Below are positions 11,001-18,811 of a DNA stretch of 64,000 nucleotides, piece after piece. This DNA comes from a virus (lineage: Duplodnaviria; Caudoviricetes). Made by a program: the position numbers and the translations under genes. The stretch lies in the IMG/VR virus record IMGVR_UViG_2593339134_000001, one strand, 5' to 3'. Position 1 is the stretch's first letter. The number at the start of each line of letters is the position of its first letter. Below the pieces are notes generated by a model. The model saw only the letters and a list, made by a program, of their open reading frames with translations, did no database searches and was not told where the DNA came from.

Positions 11001-11157
11001 CGCGGACGGGCGCATCAGTGTGGACCCCATGAAGATCGAGGTCACGCATACCCATACCGACCCTTCCGGTGCCCCCATCGCGCCGCCGCAAATCCAAACC
11101 TACACCGCCAAGCCCCGCTTGAATCCGGGCCGTCCGCCGCTTTCGGAGATTTTCTAG
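8041..11157 (+). CDS. Tape measure protein with C-terminal GH73/FlgJ-like peptidoglycan hydrolase
   Basis: 1038 aa, Ala/Gly-rich helical; C-terminal 'AHAAQETGWG..NNLFNI..F.VY.S..ESF.D..L..GGYA.DP.YA'. Confidence 0.85.
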   Translation: MANVKIGVEAELDSVSRDVEQLVARVRSATEDLRRGLEVTLDTGRAQRDIDALIAKLGELDAKIGQARAVGIDTAGAATQSTEARQAQGAYQAELDRAKRDMEAWQKSIGGGPMASWQANLSGAGGGAFDFRPAVQMAETLTGRVAAATTHTDRLRRAQREYREEVRGTAEEWAKLTGQSFTERQAEAANTWLGQHIASEGRFAPFMRGFDVGDVGSDEWRGQFGTPGAAKRIAQGIGAGGLGAAGMDAPDHKWASRMLGSAAGVAANAVLNGGDGGAAGLAGGVLGGMLGPAGAIVGAVVGGAVDRGMEKALAEALETSALRKNLGGLSEEFDPLRAVARAASDGLGMTATEFMGAERRFAGVAGTRPEEARNLVAETRGASQFARSLGTGPDSAIAFFANQRQFGVTRDEEGSRRMALVIAEALNKGGLFAKADELMQAVAEFTVQAARTGRTAPDVGGYVDLLGTLTARGGPYERDIQGAVSLFQRMDAGFRGPGSEGWNAFMVGSYQGIAGRGFNGLDLQVVKEGGLLGTLAGAWDSIKKGADPATIRHWKAMEAAAGPGANLPMIDVMLPRLLQRFGGNTEWAAQAIHDNTGIGVREAHDVITLAKQPGGVNGILERLKGFHVDTANVPMGNLLALAQLATGNREDLMKQARRLMSGDGYEAVAGTDRDRLEKAMGGSDADLRQTVIDLTANREMKDIAESSLDTQKRIAQSITSISSNLLKLKDAALAKMFGTPGTYAQAMKDWALAGDVADRDSVVDPVLTRMKERGDRIAFLRNALAHGEYPNGPHGTHVPPETLQGYKTELDRLLAEHQRDSALVKGAFERYTSKEQSYDRQEFIRRIQPAAERAAEKYHIPADVLMAHAAQETGWGKHVHDNNLFNITGSYHGQSVVRGDTDAAGNRISQRFKVYGSIDESFEDLADLLSRKYPGAVGVKSAYEYGAALKKGGYAADPGYAKHIDERAQEVRRITGTPLPPGKAQYGADGRISVDPMKIEVTHTHTDPSGAPIAPPQIQTYTAKPRLNPGRPPLSEIF

Positions 11158-11172
11158 CCGTTCCGCCCGATC

Positions 11173-12606
11173 ATGACCACCACCCACAACCCCCAAGTCT
11201 CCGTCAAGCTCATCAAGGTCGTGAACCGCTCGGCCATCGCGCCCGGTATCGCCGTCGCCGGGCGCTACAAGAACCTGCTGGAAATCGACCTCACGCCCTA
11301 CCTGGGCGATATGGGCGGCGTCCGCACCGTCAAGGGCGTGCGGGAACCGGCGGGCGGCTTCTCCATGACCTTCGCCGACCAGGCCACCGACCGGAGCGAA
11401 TCGCTCTACGGCCTGATCGAGCCCATGGACCTCGTGGAAATCCGCATGGCCCGGAATCCTTCGGATTATCCCGGCGGGCGGTTGCCCATCGTCATGCGGG
11501 GCTTCGTGTCCCGTGTGTCGAGGCCGGAGCAGGTGGCGCACGATGGCCGGGTCCACCGCTCGGTGGTGGTGCAGGGCCAGGATTTCGGGAAGTTGTGGCA
11601 GATATTCCAGATCGTCTATTTACCGGATACAACGCTGGACGAGTATGTGCTGACGGCGTTCAAATTCGCGGAAAAATACCATATCGACATCACCAAGCCG
11701 CTGCCCGTGGCGCAGTTCATCGGGCAGGTGGTGGCGGCCATCCTCAATCCGCTGGTCCTGCAATTGCAGTGGTCCGGCAACGCCTTGGCTCCCGAATATT
11801 CCCGAATCCGGCCCGATGTCAGCACTATCGGCACGGTGTCGGATTCCACGGTGAACAACTGGCCGGGGAACCAGCCCATCTACAACCTGCTGGCCCTGGC
11901 CTGCGATGTGCAGAACGGCTTCAACGAGATGTTCATGGACGACCGGGAAGATGGCGTCGCCTTGGTCTTACGTCCCACGCCCTGGAAGCGCCCGGATGGC
12001 ACCTATATCCAGACCGGCGTGCCGGACATCCCGACGGTCAAGCTGGACGCCGCGGATGTGGTGTCGCTGGCCGCGAGCCGGTCGGATGAGTGCGTGGCGA
12101 ATTTGTTCTGGGTCTATAACCCACCGTTCGCGTTGTTGACCCAGGACACCATCCGCCTCAACCGGCGGCTCGCGCCCCTGACCGATTATTTCAACAACGA
12201 CCCCAAATTCTACGGGCTCAGGATGATGGAGCAGGTGACGTACCTGGGGCCGCCCAACTGGCCCGCCAGCGACACCAATAGCCAGGAACGGCAGGCGCAA
12301 CTCGACCCCCTGATGGATGCTTGGTTGATGCAAACCGCCGAGGTCATGCAGGCCGCCTCACAGGATGCCGTGGTGTTCGAGCAAGGCCATCTGCGACTGA
12401 AGGGCAACGAGAAGATCAAGGCCGGGAACTTCGTCGGCGTGGCCCGGAATTCGATGGTGGCGGAGTATTACGCCGCCAGGGTGGAGCATGAATTCGCCTT
12501 CGGCCAGCCCTTCATGACCACCGTGCATTTCGAGCGGGGGACCGGGTTTATCCAGCGGGCGCAGTGGACGGCGGGGCCGTATTGGGCGGAGTTGACGCCG
12601 ACCTAG
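11173..12606 (+). CDS. Baseplate hub protein
   Basis: Follows the tape measure gene; hub-like 'VVQGQDFGK' and 'G.LRLKGNE.IK.G...EYY...V.H.F'. Confidence 0.7.
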   Translation: MTTTHNPQVSVKLIKVVNRSAIAPGIAVAGRYKNLLEIDLTPYLGDMGGVRTVKGVREPAGGFSMTFADQATDRSESLYGLIEPMDLVEIRMARNPSDYPGGRLPIVMRGFVSRVSRPEQVAHDGRVHRSVVVQGQDFGKLWQIFQIVYLPDTTLDEYVLTAFKFAEKYHIDITKPLPVAQFIGQVVAAILNPLVLQLQWSGNALAPEYSRIRPDVSTIGTVSDSTVNNWPGNQPIYNLLALACDVQNGFNEMFMDDREDGVALVLRPTPWKRPDGTYIQTGVPDIPTVKLDAADVVSLAASRSDECVANLFWVYNPPFALLTQDTIRLNRRLAPLTDYFNNDPKFYGLRMMEQVTYLGPPNWPASDTNSQERQAQLDPLMDAWLMQTAEVMQAASQDAVVFEQGHLRLKGNEKIKAGNFVGVARNSMVAEYYAARVEHEFAFGQPFMTTVHFERGTGFIQRAQWTAGPYWAELTPT

Positions 12607-12645
12607 GGGAGGGCGGGGCCGCATCCTTGCGGCGGGGTTTCCTCA

Positions 12646-14259
12646 GAGGCTGTGAAAAAACCCCGGAAACGGATATAGCCCCGGTAAAATAGCGTCCTCC
12701 GCAGCGAAACGGCCCAACCGATGACGACCCGACTCCAGCCTTCCCTGTTTGCCTACCCGCCCGAGGACGCCGCCGAGGTGGCCTGCCCGGTCAAGCCGAT
12801 CCCGCGCGGGGTGGCGCGGGTGCTGATGCCGAACCGGACCCAACTGGAACTGCGGGCCACCGATCTGGATTCGCTGTTGCCGGAGGGCCACCGGGCGCGG
12901 ATCGTCTGGGCCTACGTGGCGCGGGCGGACCTCGGCGGGATGTATGCCGGGATCAAGGCGGTGCGGGGGGGCAGCGGGCGCACCCCGATCGCCCCGGAAA
13001 TCCTGTTCGCGCTGTGGCTGTACGCCACGGTCGACGGGGTGGGGAGCGCCCGGGCCATCGCCCGGCTGTGCCGGGACCACGACGCCTACCGCTGGATTTG
13101 CGGGGGCGTCCCGGTCAACCACCACACGCTCTCCGATTTCAGGGCCGACCATGGCGAGGCCCTGGACGGCCTGCTGACGGACAGCGTGGCGGCCCTGCTG
13201 GCGGCGAAGGCGGTGAAGCTCAAGCGGGTGGCGCAGGACGGGATGCGGGTCCGGGCCAGCGCCGGGGCGGCCTCGTTCCGGCGCCGGGCGACCCTGGAGC
13301 GGCACCTGGAGGACGCCCGCGAACAAGTGGCCGCGCTCAAATCGGAGATCGACGCCGACCCCGCGGCGGCGGGTCGGCGCCAACAGGCCGCCCGGACCCG
13401 GGCGGCCCGCGAACGCCAAGAGAAAGTCCAAAAAGCCCTGGACCGCCTGCCGGAACTGGAGGAAATCAAGGCCCGGCAGGGCAAGAAGCCGGAAGAGGCC
13501 CGCGCCTCCGCCACCGGCGACCAGGCCACGGTCATGAAGATGGCCGACGGCGGCTACCGGCCCGCCTACAACGCCCAGTTCACCACCGACACCGAAACCC
13601 AAGTCATCGTCGGCGTCGAGGTCGTCACCACGGGCAGCGACATGGCCCAACTCGAGCCGATGGTCGACCAGGTCGCCGGGCGCCATGGCCAAATCCCCGA
13701 GGAATGGCTGGTGGACGGGGGCTACCCCGCTCATGAGCAATTGGAGGCGGTCGCGGATCGCACCACCGTCTATGCCCCGGTGCCGAACCCCAAAGATCCC
13801 GCAACGGATCCCCACGCCCCCAAGCCCAACGACAGCGAAGCGGTGGCCGAATGGCGGCAACGCATGGGTACCGACGACGCCAAGGAGATTTATAGGGAGC
13901 GCGCGGCCACCGCCGAATGCGTCAATGCCCTGGCGCGGAACCGGGGGTTGCAGCAGTTCCGGGTACGCGGGCCGGGCAAGGTCCGGTGCGTCCTGCTCCT
14001 CCACGCCTTGGCCCACAACCTGCTCCGCACCTTCGCCTTGGCGCCCGGGTTGCTCGGGCTGGGGATACCTGCGCCCGAAATGGCGGGAATGGCGGCCTAA
14101 CCGGTCGCCGCCCCCCCAAAACGCGGCTTCCGGCTTCCCGCCGCTCAACGCCGGGTCGAAAACAAGCGAATTTCGTTGCCCGCCGGGCAATCCGTCCGCT
14201 CGAAAGCCGCTCCGCCGATCCCTCACTCCAAGGCGCTTTTCCGAAAAGTTCACAGGCTC
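12646..14259 (+). mobile_element. IS1182-family insertion sequence
   Basis: Terminal inverted repeats GAGGCTGTGAA / TTCACAGGCTC; TCA duplicated at 12643-12645 and 14260-14262; the empty site is present at 39071-39080. Ends could shift 1 bp inward if the duplication is CTCAG. Confidence 0.9.
12721..14100 (+). CDS. IS1182-family DDE transposase
   Basis: 'LLP.GH.AR', 'LWLYA...GV.SAR.I', 'H.TLSDFR', 'DG....A.A', 'YN.Q', 'VDGGY', 'Y..R....E'. Confidence 0.92.
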   Translation: MTTRLQPSLFAYPPEDAAEVACPVKPIPRGVARVLMPNRTQLELRATDLDSLLPEGHRARIVWAYVARADLGGMYAGIKAVRGGSGRTPIAPEILFALWLYATVDGVGSARAIARLCRDHDAYRWICGGVPVNHHTLSDFRADHGEALDGLLTDSVAALLAAKAVKLKRVAQDGMRVRASAGAASFRRRATLERHLEDAREQVAALKSEIDADPAAAGRRQQAARTRAARERQEKVQKALDRLPELEEIKARQGKKPEEARASATGDQATVMKMADGGYRPAYNAQFTTDTETQVIVGVEVVTTGSDMAQLEPMVDQVAGRHGQIPEEWLVDGGYPAHEQLEAVADRTTVYAPVPNPKDPATDPHAPKPNDSEAVAEWRQRMGTDDAKEIYRERAATAECVNALARNRGLQQFRVRGPGKVRCVLLLHALAHNLLRTFALAPGLLGLGIPAPEMAGMAA

Positions 14260-15069
14260 TCAGTGGAGCGGAAGGGATTCCTGGCGCGGGACACGCGCCG
14301 CCAGGTGGTGGAAGGCCTTGTCGCGGATGGTGAGCGCGGTGCTGCCTTCGCCCAGCTTGGGTTCGGCCACGGCGGCCATGGCTTGCAGGATGGTGGTGGG
14401 CAACTCCCGCCGTGTCTCGTGGACCGGGACGTGCAGGGTTTGCAGCAGGGCCAATTCCAGGTTGAGGCAGGTCCACCACAGGCGGTAGGCCTGTCCGTGG
14501 AAGGCTTCCAGCAGGTTCAGCAATTCGTCGAGGCGGTCGGCGGGGATGTCGCGGACGTTGCCGACGCCGAACTTGGCCCGGAGGTGGGTGTGGATGCGGG
14601 GGCTGATCTGCTGGTTGGATCGGTTGAGGTAGCGCCCGAGGCTGCGGGTGTATTCACCCACCACCCATTGCGCGATCTCGCCCAGGGGGGCGGGGGTGGG
14701 TTGGGCCGCTTGGGCTTCCTGCTTGGCCCGGAAGTAGACCTTCACCAGTTGCCGCTGGACCTGCCACGCCAGATCGTCCGTGAAGCTCTTCACCAGCATG
14801 AGGTAGCCGGTTTCGGTCAGGACGATCAAGCCACGGGGCGGGACGGCGATTCCAAAAGTATGGAATTCATACTTTTAAGCAAAATCAATGCGATGCCAAT
14901 CCTCGCCCTCAATGAAGTGCTTCCGGTTGGAGTTGAAACGATCCTTGGCAGTGCCTTCCGGTCTACCGTGGGCTTTGTCGATCAAGGCGAAGGTCAAAAC
15001 GGGCTGGTCCTTGTAGAAGATCAACGGTAGCGCGGTATCGTCGGTGATTTGGATGACTTGTGCGCTCAT
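14260..15069 (-). pseudogene. ORF6N-domain antirepressor-like gene interrupted by an in-frame TAA
   Basis: ORFs 14875-15069 and 14260-14829 are in the same frame; read-through gives 'FIEGEDWHRIDFA*KYEF..GLIVLTETGYLMLVKSFTDDLAWQVQRQLV..YF', a continuous ORF6N domain. Confidence 0.8.
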
Positions 15070-15740
15070 TGTGTACCCCCTGCCATCGCTTGGAACACCT
15101 CAAAAATGCCGACTTTCTTGGTGCAGCGGATCACATCGCGCAATACCCGGTCCTTGCCTTTGCGCGACTTCGTGGCGTCCCGCAACCTGTCGATGATGAT
15201 TTGACTAACACCGCGCTGCCTTGCCAAAGACATCCATCCATTGAAGATTTCAATGGATTTTGGATTCGGATCGTCCCCGGTGTTGTGCGATAGCGCCATT
15301 TCAATAATCAGCACGCCAGCGCCTTCTTGGGAAACATAAACGACCGGCTCCCCGTTCTCGTCTTTTTGCTCTGTTTCAACGAACAGCGGCCCATCGGGGC
15401 GGGGTCCGGCCTTCAACATGGAAATATGCGGATCGGGCTTTGGGATTTCGCCGCCACGCCGCCTGTAATCCTCCATGAAGGCGTCCAGGCTTTGCTGGGC
15501 CTCGTCCGTGGTCATGCCGTTCCGGCTGGCGTATTCCTCGGGATCAAGCCGGTATAGCGGTTCGCCATCGTTGGAATACGCGGCGGGCTTGTTGGAATCG
15601 ATTCCCAAGATTTCCGCCGCCCGGCGGTCCATTTCTTCGCGGGTATCTAGCGGCAACGCGTCCATAAGCATTTGGAACTGCCCTGCGGTATGCGCTCCAG
15701 CTTTGAACGCATCGAAGGCTTCTTGAAGCTCTTTATCCAT
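15066..15740 (-). CDS. Hypothetical protein in antirepressor operon
   Basis: ATG 15740 overlaps the upstream stop; ends overlapping the next start. Confidence 0.65.
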   Translation of the reverse strand: MDKELQEAFDAFKAGAHTAGQFQMLMDALPLDTREEMDRRAAEILGIDSNKPAAYSNDGEPLYRLDPEEYASRNGMTTDEAQQSLDAFMEDYRRRGGEIPKPDPHISMLKAGPRPDGPLFVETEQKDENGEPVVYVSQEGAGVLIIEMALSHNTGDDPNPKSIEIFNGWMSLARQRGVSQIIIDRLRDATKSRKGKDRVLRDVIRCTKKVGIFEVFQAMAGGTQ

Positions 15741-16546
15741 TACACAGCCTCCCGCAGCACTTCGATGACGGATTGATTCCACAGGATTTGATAGCCCGCG
15801 TGGCCGTTGCGTGTGAAGGGGATGGCCTCCCCATGCGTGGTTCCGGCTTCGGTCAACTCCCAATCCCCGCCTTCCGGCTTGCGCTGGAATCCCAGCAGAG
15901 CCAGCCGCCTGTTCGCGGCGATGGCGGAAATCCCGAGTTCTTTGCCGATTTGGGAGGCATTGAGTTTGCCGACCGCTTCCGGAGCTTCCGCCGGAAGCGT
16001 CTGCCGCATGGTGTCGAGCGCCAAGCCGGTGTTCTCGGCGATGCACGCCAGGGTTGCGGCGGCGACCATGGCCGGTTTGACGCCGGGGACTTCGGCGACG
16101 ATCTTGCCGATCATCGAAATGGCCGCGATAGTGTCTTTCAAGCTGGCCTTGCCGAGCCGGGCCTGCTTCGCAGTCTGCTCGCTCGCGGCCACGGCCATTT
16201 GCTTGCTCAACTCGTCGTCCAGGTGGTGGATGAGTTCAGCTTGGAAGGTGGCGCTGATGAGCATGATCGGCTTGCCGAAAGTGGCTTTGAAAGCTGGCGC
16301 TAAATCTGCGCCAGCTTCGGCCCGAGTTAGCTCTACTATGTCGCCCCGTTCAAGATATAGGGGAAAAGCTTCCACTGAGCGGATTAGGCGATTGAAGTCC
16401 TTTAAGTCGCGATACTTTCCACCGCCCCCGTGGCTACGCCGATAATCGGCGTGGATGCGTTGGGACGCGAGATAGATGCGCTCGTTATGGTGGATGGGTT
16501 CCATCAAGGGGTTGGCCTTGGTGGGAAGGTCTTTGCTATTATCCAT
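15740..16546 (-). CDS. Antirepressor-like protein with C-terminal KilAC/ANT domain
   Basis: C-terminal 'LNASQIGKELGISA..ANRRL...GFQ.K....WELTE.G..HG...QILW'. Confidence 0.75.
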   Translation of the reverse strand: MDNSKDLPTKANPLMEPIHHNERIYLASQRIHADYRRSHGGGGKYRDLKDFNRLIRSVEAFPLYLERGDIVELTRAEAGADLAPAFKATFGKPIMLISATFQAELIHHLDDELSKQMAVAASEQTAKQARLGKASLKDTIAAISMIGKIVAEVPGVKPAMVAAATLACIAENTGLALDTMRQTLPAEAPEAVGKLNASQIGKELGISAIAANRRLALLGFQRKPEGGDWELTEAGTTHGEAIPFTRNGHAGYQILWNQSVIEVLREAV

Positions 16547-16563
16547 AGGGTGTTACCTACTTT

Positions 16564-16770
16564 TTAAGAGCGGTGGGAGTTCACATCGAAGCCTCGGGCG
16601 GTCGCAACGCTCGGGGCTTCATTCTTTTGTGCGTCCATGCACTGCTTCAACCGAAACACGATCTCTGAGTTCAGGGAACGGTAGTTTCGGCTGGCACCAT
16701 CTGCGATCCATTCCTTAATATCGCTCGGCAATCGTACCGGCAATGGCATCACTTGCTTCTTTTTAGCCAT
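16564..16770 (-). CDS. Arc-family ribbon-helix-helix repressor
   Basis: 'VRLP.DIKEWI...A..NYRSLNSEIV.RL'. Confidence 0.9.
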   Translation of the reverse strand: MAKKKQVMPLPVRLPSDIKEWIADGASRNYRSLNSEIVFRLKQCMDAQKNEAPSVATARGFDVNSHRS

Positions 16771-16794
16771 AGAGTCCTCCTGATTGGTTGCGGA

Positions 16795-16860
16795 CTGTGA
16801 GCGCTCACAGTGAGCTTATGATGCTCACATTGAGCTATTGCCGTCAAGCTCAATGTGAGC
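16795..16860. promoter_or_regulatory. Divergent promoter/operator region between arc-like and mnt-like genes
   Basis: GCTCA-N3-TGAGC palindromes at 16803, 16823 and 16848; minus-strand TTGACG-N18-CATCAT. Confidence 0.7.
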
Positions 16861-16873
16861 CATCATTTCTCAC

Positions 16874-17185
16874 ATGAGCAAAGAAGACCCACAAATGAGA
16901 TTTAGGGCCCCGCCTGCCCTGAAAAAACAGATTGAGGATTCAGCCTGGAAAAACAGGCGGTCAGCTAGCGCTGAAATCATTGCCCGCCTTGAGGCGTCCT
17001 TTTCCAAGGATTGGGGCGACGATGAAGAAGTGGAGCGCCTCATGAAAGGTGCCGTACTGACGCTCAGCCCTGAAATGGTGGAGATATTCAAACGCCTTGA
17101 GGAGGAAATACGGAAAAATCCCGTCGATCTCTCCAAGTTACCGCTGGGACCACCGATCAACTCCGACACTTTAGATGACGAATAA
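16874..17185 (+). CDS. Arc/Mnt-family repressor
   Basis: 'DPQMRFR.P..LK.QIE.SA..NRRS..AEIIARLE.SF'. Confidence 0.88.
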   Translation: MSKEDPQMRFRAPPALKKQIEDSAWKNRRSASAEIIARLEASFSKDWGDDEEVERLMKGAVLTLSPEMVEIFKRLEEEIRKNPVDLSKLPLGPPINSDTLDDE

Positions 17186-17274
17186 AAAACCCGGCGCGGA
17201 AAGCATGGCTCAATTTAACTCATGAGTCAAATTAAATCATTGCTCTGAGTCAGAAAGAGTCAGAAAATTCCGGC

Positions 17275-17550
17275 ATGACAACGAAACCAACACAACCCTA
17301 CCCGATTCGGATGCCGCAAGAGATGCGGTCCCAGTTTGAGCGGGCCGCCAAAGAAAGTGGCAGGTCTTTACATGCCGAGATCATGATCCGGCTTGAAAGG
17401 TCACTTGAATACGATAGGGAAAAAGCAATACTCAGCCCCTTAGCGTCCAACTCGATAGGGAACGAACTCCTTGAAAAGCTTGCTGCGGTACTGAGTGAAA
17501 TCTATGGGCAGGCCAACAAAATGGCGGAAGATACAAAAAAAACCAGCTAG
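17275..17550 (+). CDS. Arc-family repressor (third copy)
   Basis: 'PYPIRMP.EMR......A.ESGRSL.AEI..RL'; palindrome ACTCATGAGT upstream. Confidence 0.85.
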   Translation: MTTKPTQPYPIRMPQEMRSQFERAAKESGRSLHAEIMIRLERSLEYDREKAILSPLASNSIGNELLEKLAAVLSEIYGQANKMAEDTKKTS

Positions 17551-17608
17551 GCTGACCCTTTGAACTAGACTAGATCAAATCAATTTAGGTCAACATTGGA
17601 GAACTGTC

Positions 17609-17800
17609 ATGGATAAAGCTTTTCTCGATGGAATGGTGAAAATATTGGAATCCAATAAAAGCCAAGATATTCAAGAAGGATTTTCCAAGATGGTGAAAGC
17701 TATAGAAAAGCAAACAATCGCTTTCGGTACCAAGAAGAAACATATACAAGAGGATATCAAAAGTGGGTCAAGACTTACCAAGCATCGATTATCTTTATGA
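17609..17800 (+). CDS. Small hypothetical protein (moron)
   Basis: GGAG RBS, AT-rich, overlaps the start of the next gene. Confidence 0.55.
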   Translation: MDKAFLDGMVKILESNKSQDIQEGFSKMVKAIEKQTIAFGTKKKHIQEDIKSGSRLTKHRLSL

Positions 17801-18590
17801 CTTCCTATATTTGGATCGGTCACGCATGGGTTCCTATTGCGCCCAACTATTCGATGGCGGCATCCTGACCGGCACTAAGAGCATTAAAAAGAACACCGAA
17901 AGCAAAAGCGCCACTTTTAATGGAGACGCTTTGGTTGCCAAGGCTGGGTTTGGAGGCCAAGAAGCATTGGAGGAATCTTTAGAACACCAATTCGACGCGG
18001 GATGGTCCTTGCCGCTCAATGTATTAGATCGATTGGACGAGCTTGATTTCCTTCATCGAGACTTAGATTCAATACAGATTGGTCAATTACTATTAACGAA
18101 AGGTAGTATCACGGTCATTGATATAAAAATGCTGAAAAGCTTGTGGCGTCCTATTAGCCTTGCGATTACAAGCGAAGGAAAAGCCACCCATGCTAATAAA
18201 AAAGATAAGGAGCAGGCAAAAAAGCGGATGGAGTTGGTGGGAAGCGTATTGGACCAGCTTCCGCCAACAGTTCAGATGTTTTTTGAGGCTGGCAGGAACA
18301 TTATTTGGTCGTCTCTAAGTGCAGATCAAATGATCATCAACCCCGACGACTTGGCCCTGAAATACGGCGGCAAAGTTGATGGAGAATGGCATATGCTTTC
18401 CGTTTTAGATGCTAAACCAGATCAAGCCGTTTTCTCTAGTTTGCCCACCTTCGTGCTGGAACATCAGTTCCTATGCGGGATAGCGGAAATAATAGAAAAT
18501 ATGCGTAAGTGGGTTGGAAGGCCGGGCTATGCATATGGCGCAACACCTATAGCGATATTCCGGGCATTGAAACCTGCTAACCAATCTTGA
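17763..18590 (+). CDS. Hypothetical moron protein (possibly DUF6414-like)
   Basis: 275-aa AT-rich ORF; 'YDFLYLD...SY.AQL..G' start and 'TPIAIFR' end; followed by a terminator. Confidence 0.7.
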   Translation: MGQDLPSIDYLYDFLYLDRSRMGSYCAQLFDGGILTGTKSIKKNTESKSATFNGDALVAKAGFGGQEALEESLEHQFDAGWSLPLNVLDRLDELDFLHRDLDSIQIGQLLLTKGSITVIDIKMLKSLWRPISLAITSEGKATHANKKDKEQAKKRMELVGSVLDQLPPTVQMFFEAGRNIIWSSLSADQMIINPDDLALKYGGKVDGEWHMLSVLDAKPDQAVFSSLPTFVLEHQFLCGIAEIIENMRKWVGRPGYAYGATPIAIFRALKPANQS

Positions 18591-18608
18591 TTCAATTTGA
18601 TTACGCAC

Positions 18609-18634
18609 AAAAACCCGGCCTAGCCGGGTTTTTT
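18609..18634. terminator. Bidirectional intrinsic terminator
   Basis: AAAAACCCGGC-CTA-GCCGGGTTTTTT between convergent genes. Confidence 0.85.
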
Positions 18635-18811
18635 ATGCGCGATGGTTTGGGCGGTAGCACAAACCGGGTGGATTGCAATGGTGAATATTTACATTGAATC
18701 CGGTCGATAATTGGGTGGATTGGCTTTTCATTTTACTTGAATGGCATTTGACACGGGCATTTTGTTGGCTAACTTGTGGTTAGGCATAGACTTCGCGTGA
18801 ATTTCATAGCT

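Noticed and set aside
1-12606. Possible eCIS/tailocin or T6SS locus
   Set aside because: Capsid, portal, protease and terminase genes are present, so this is a phage
16796-16809. TGTGAGCGCTCACA equals the core of the symmetric lac operator
   Set aside because: No vector or lac context; it arises from overlapping GCTCA/TGAGC half-sites of the local Arc/Mnt operator array
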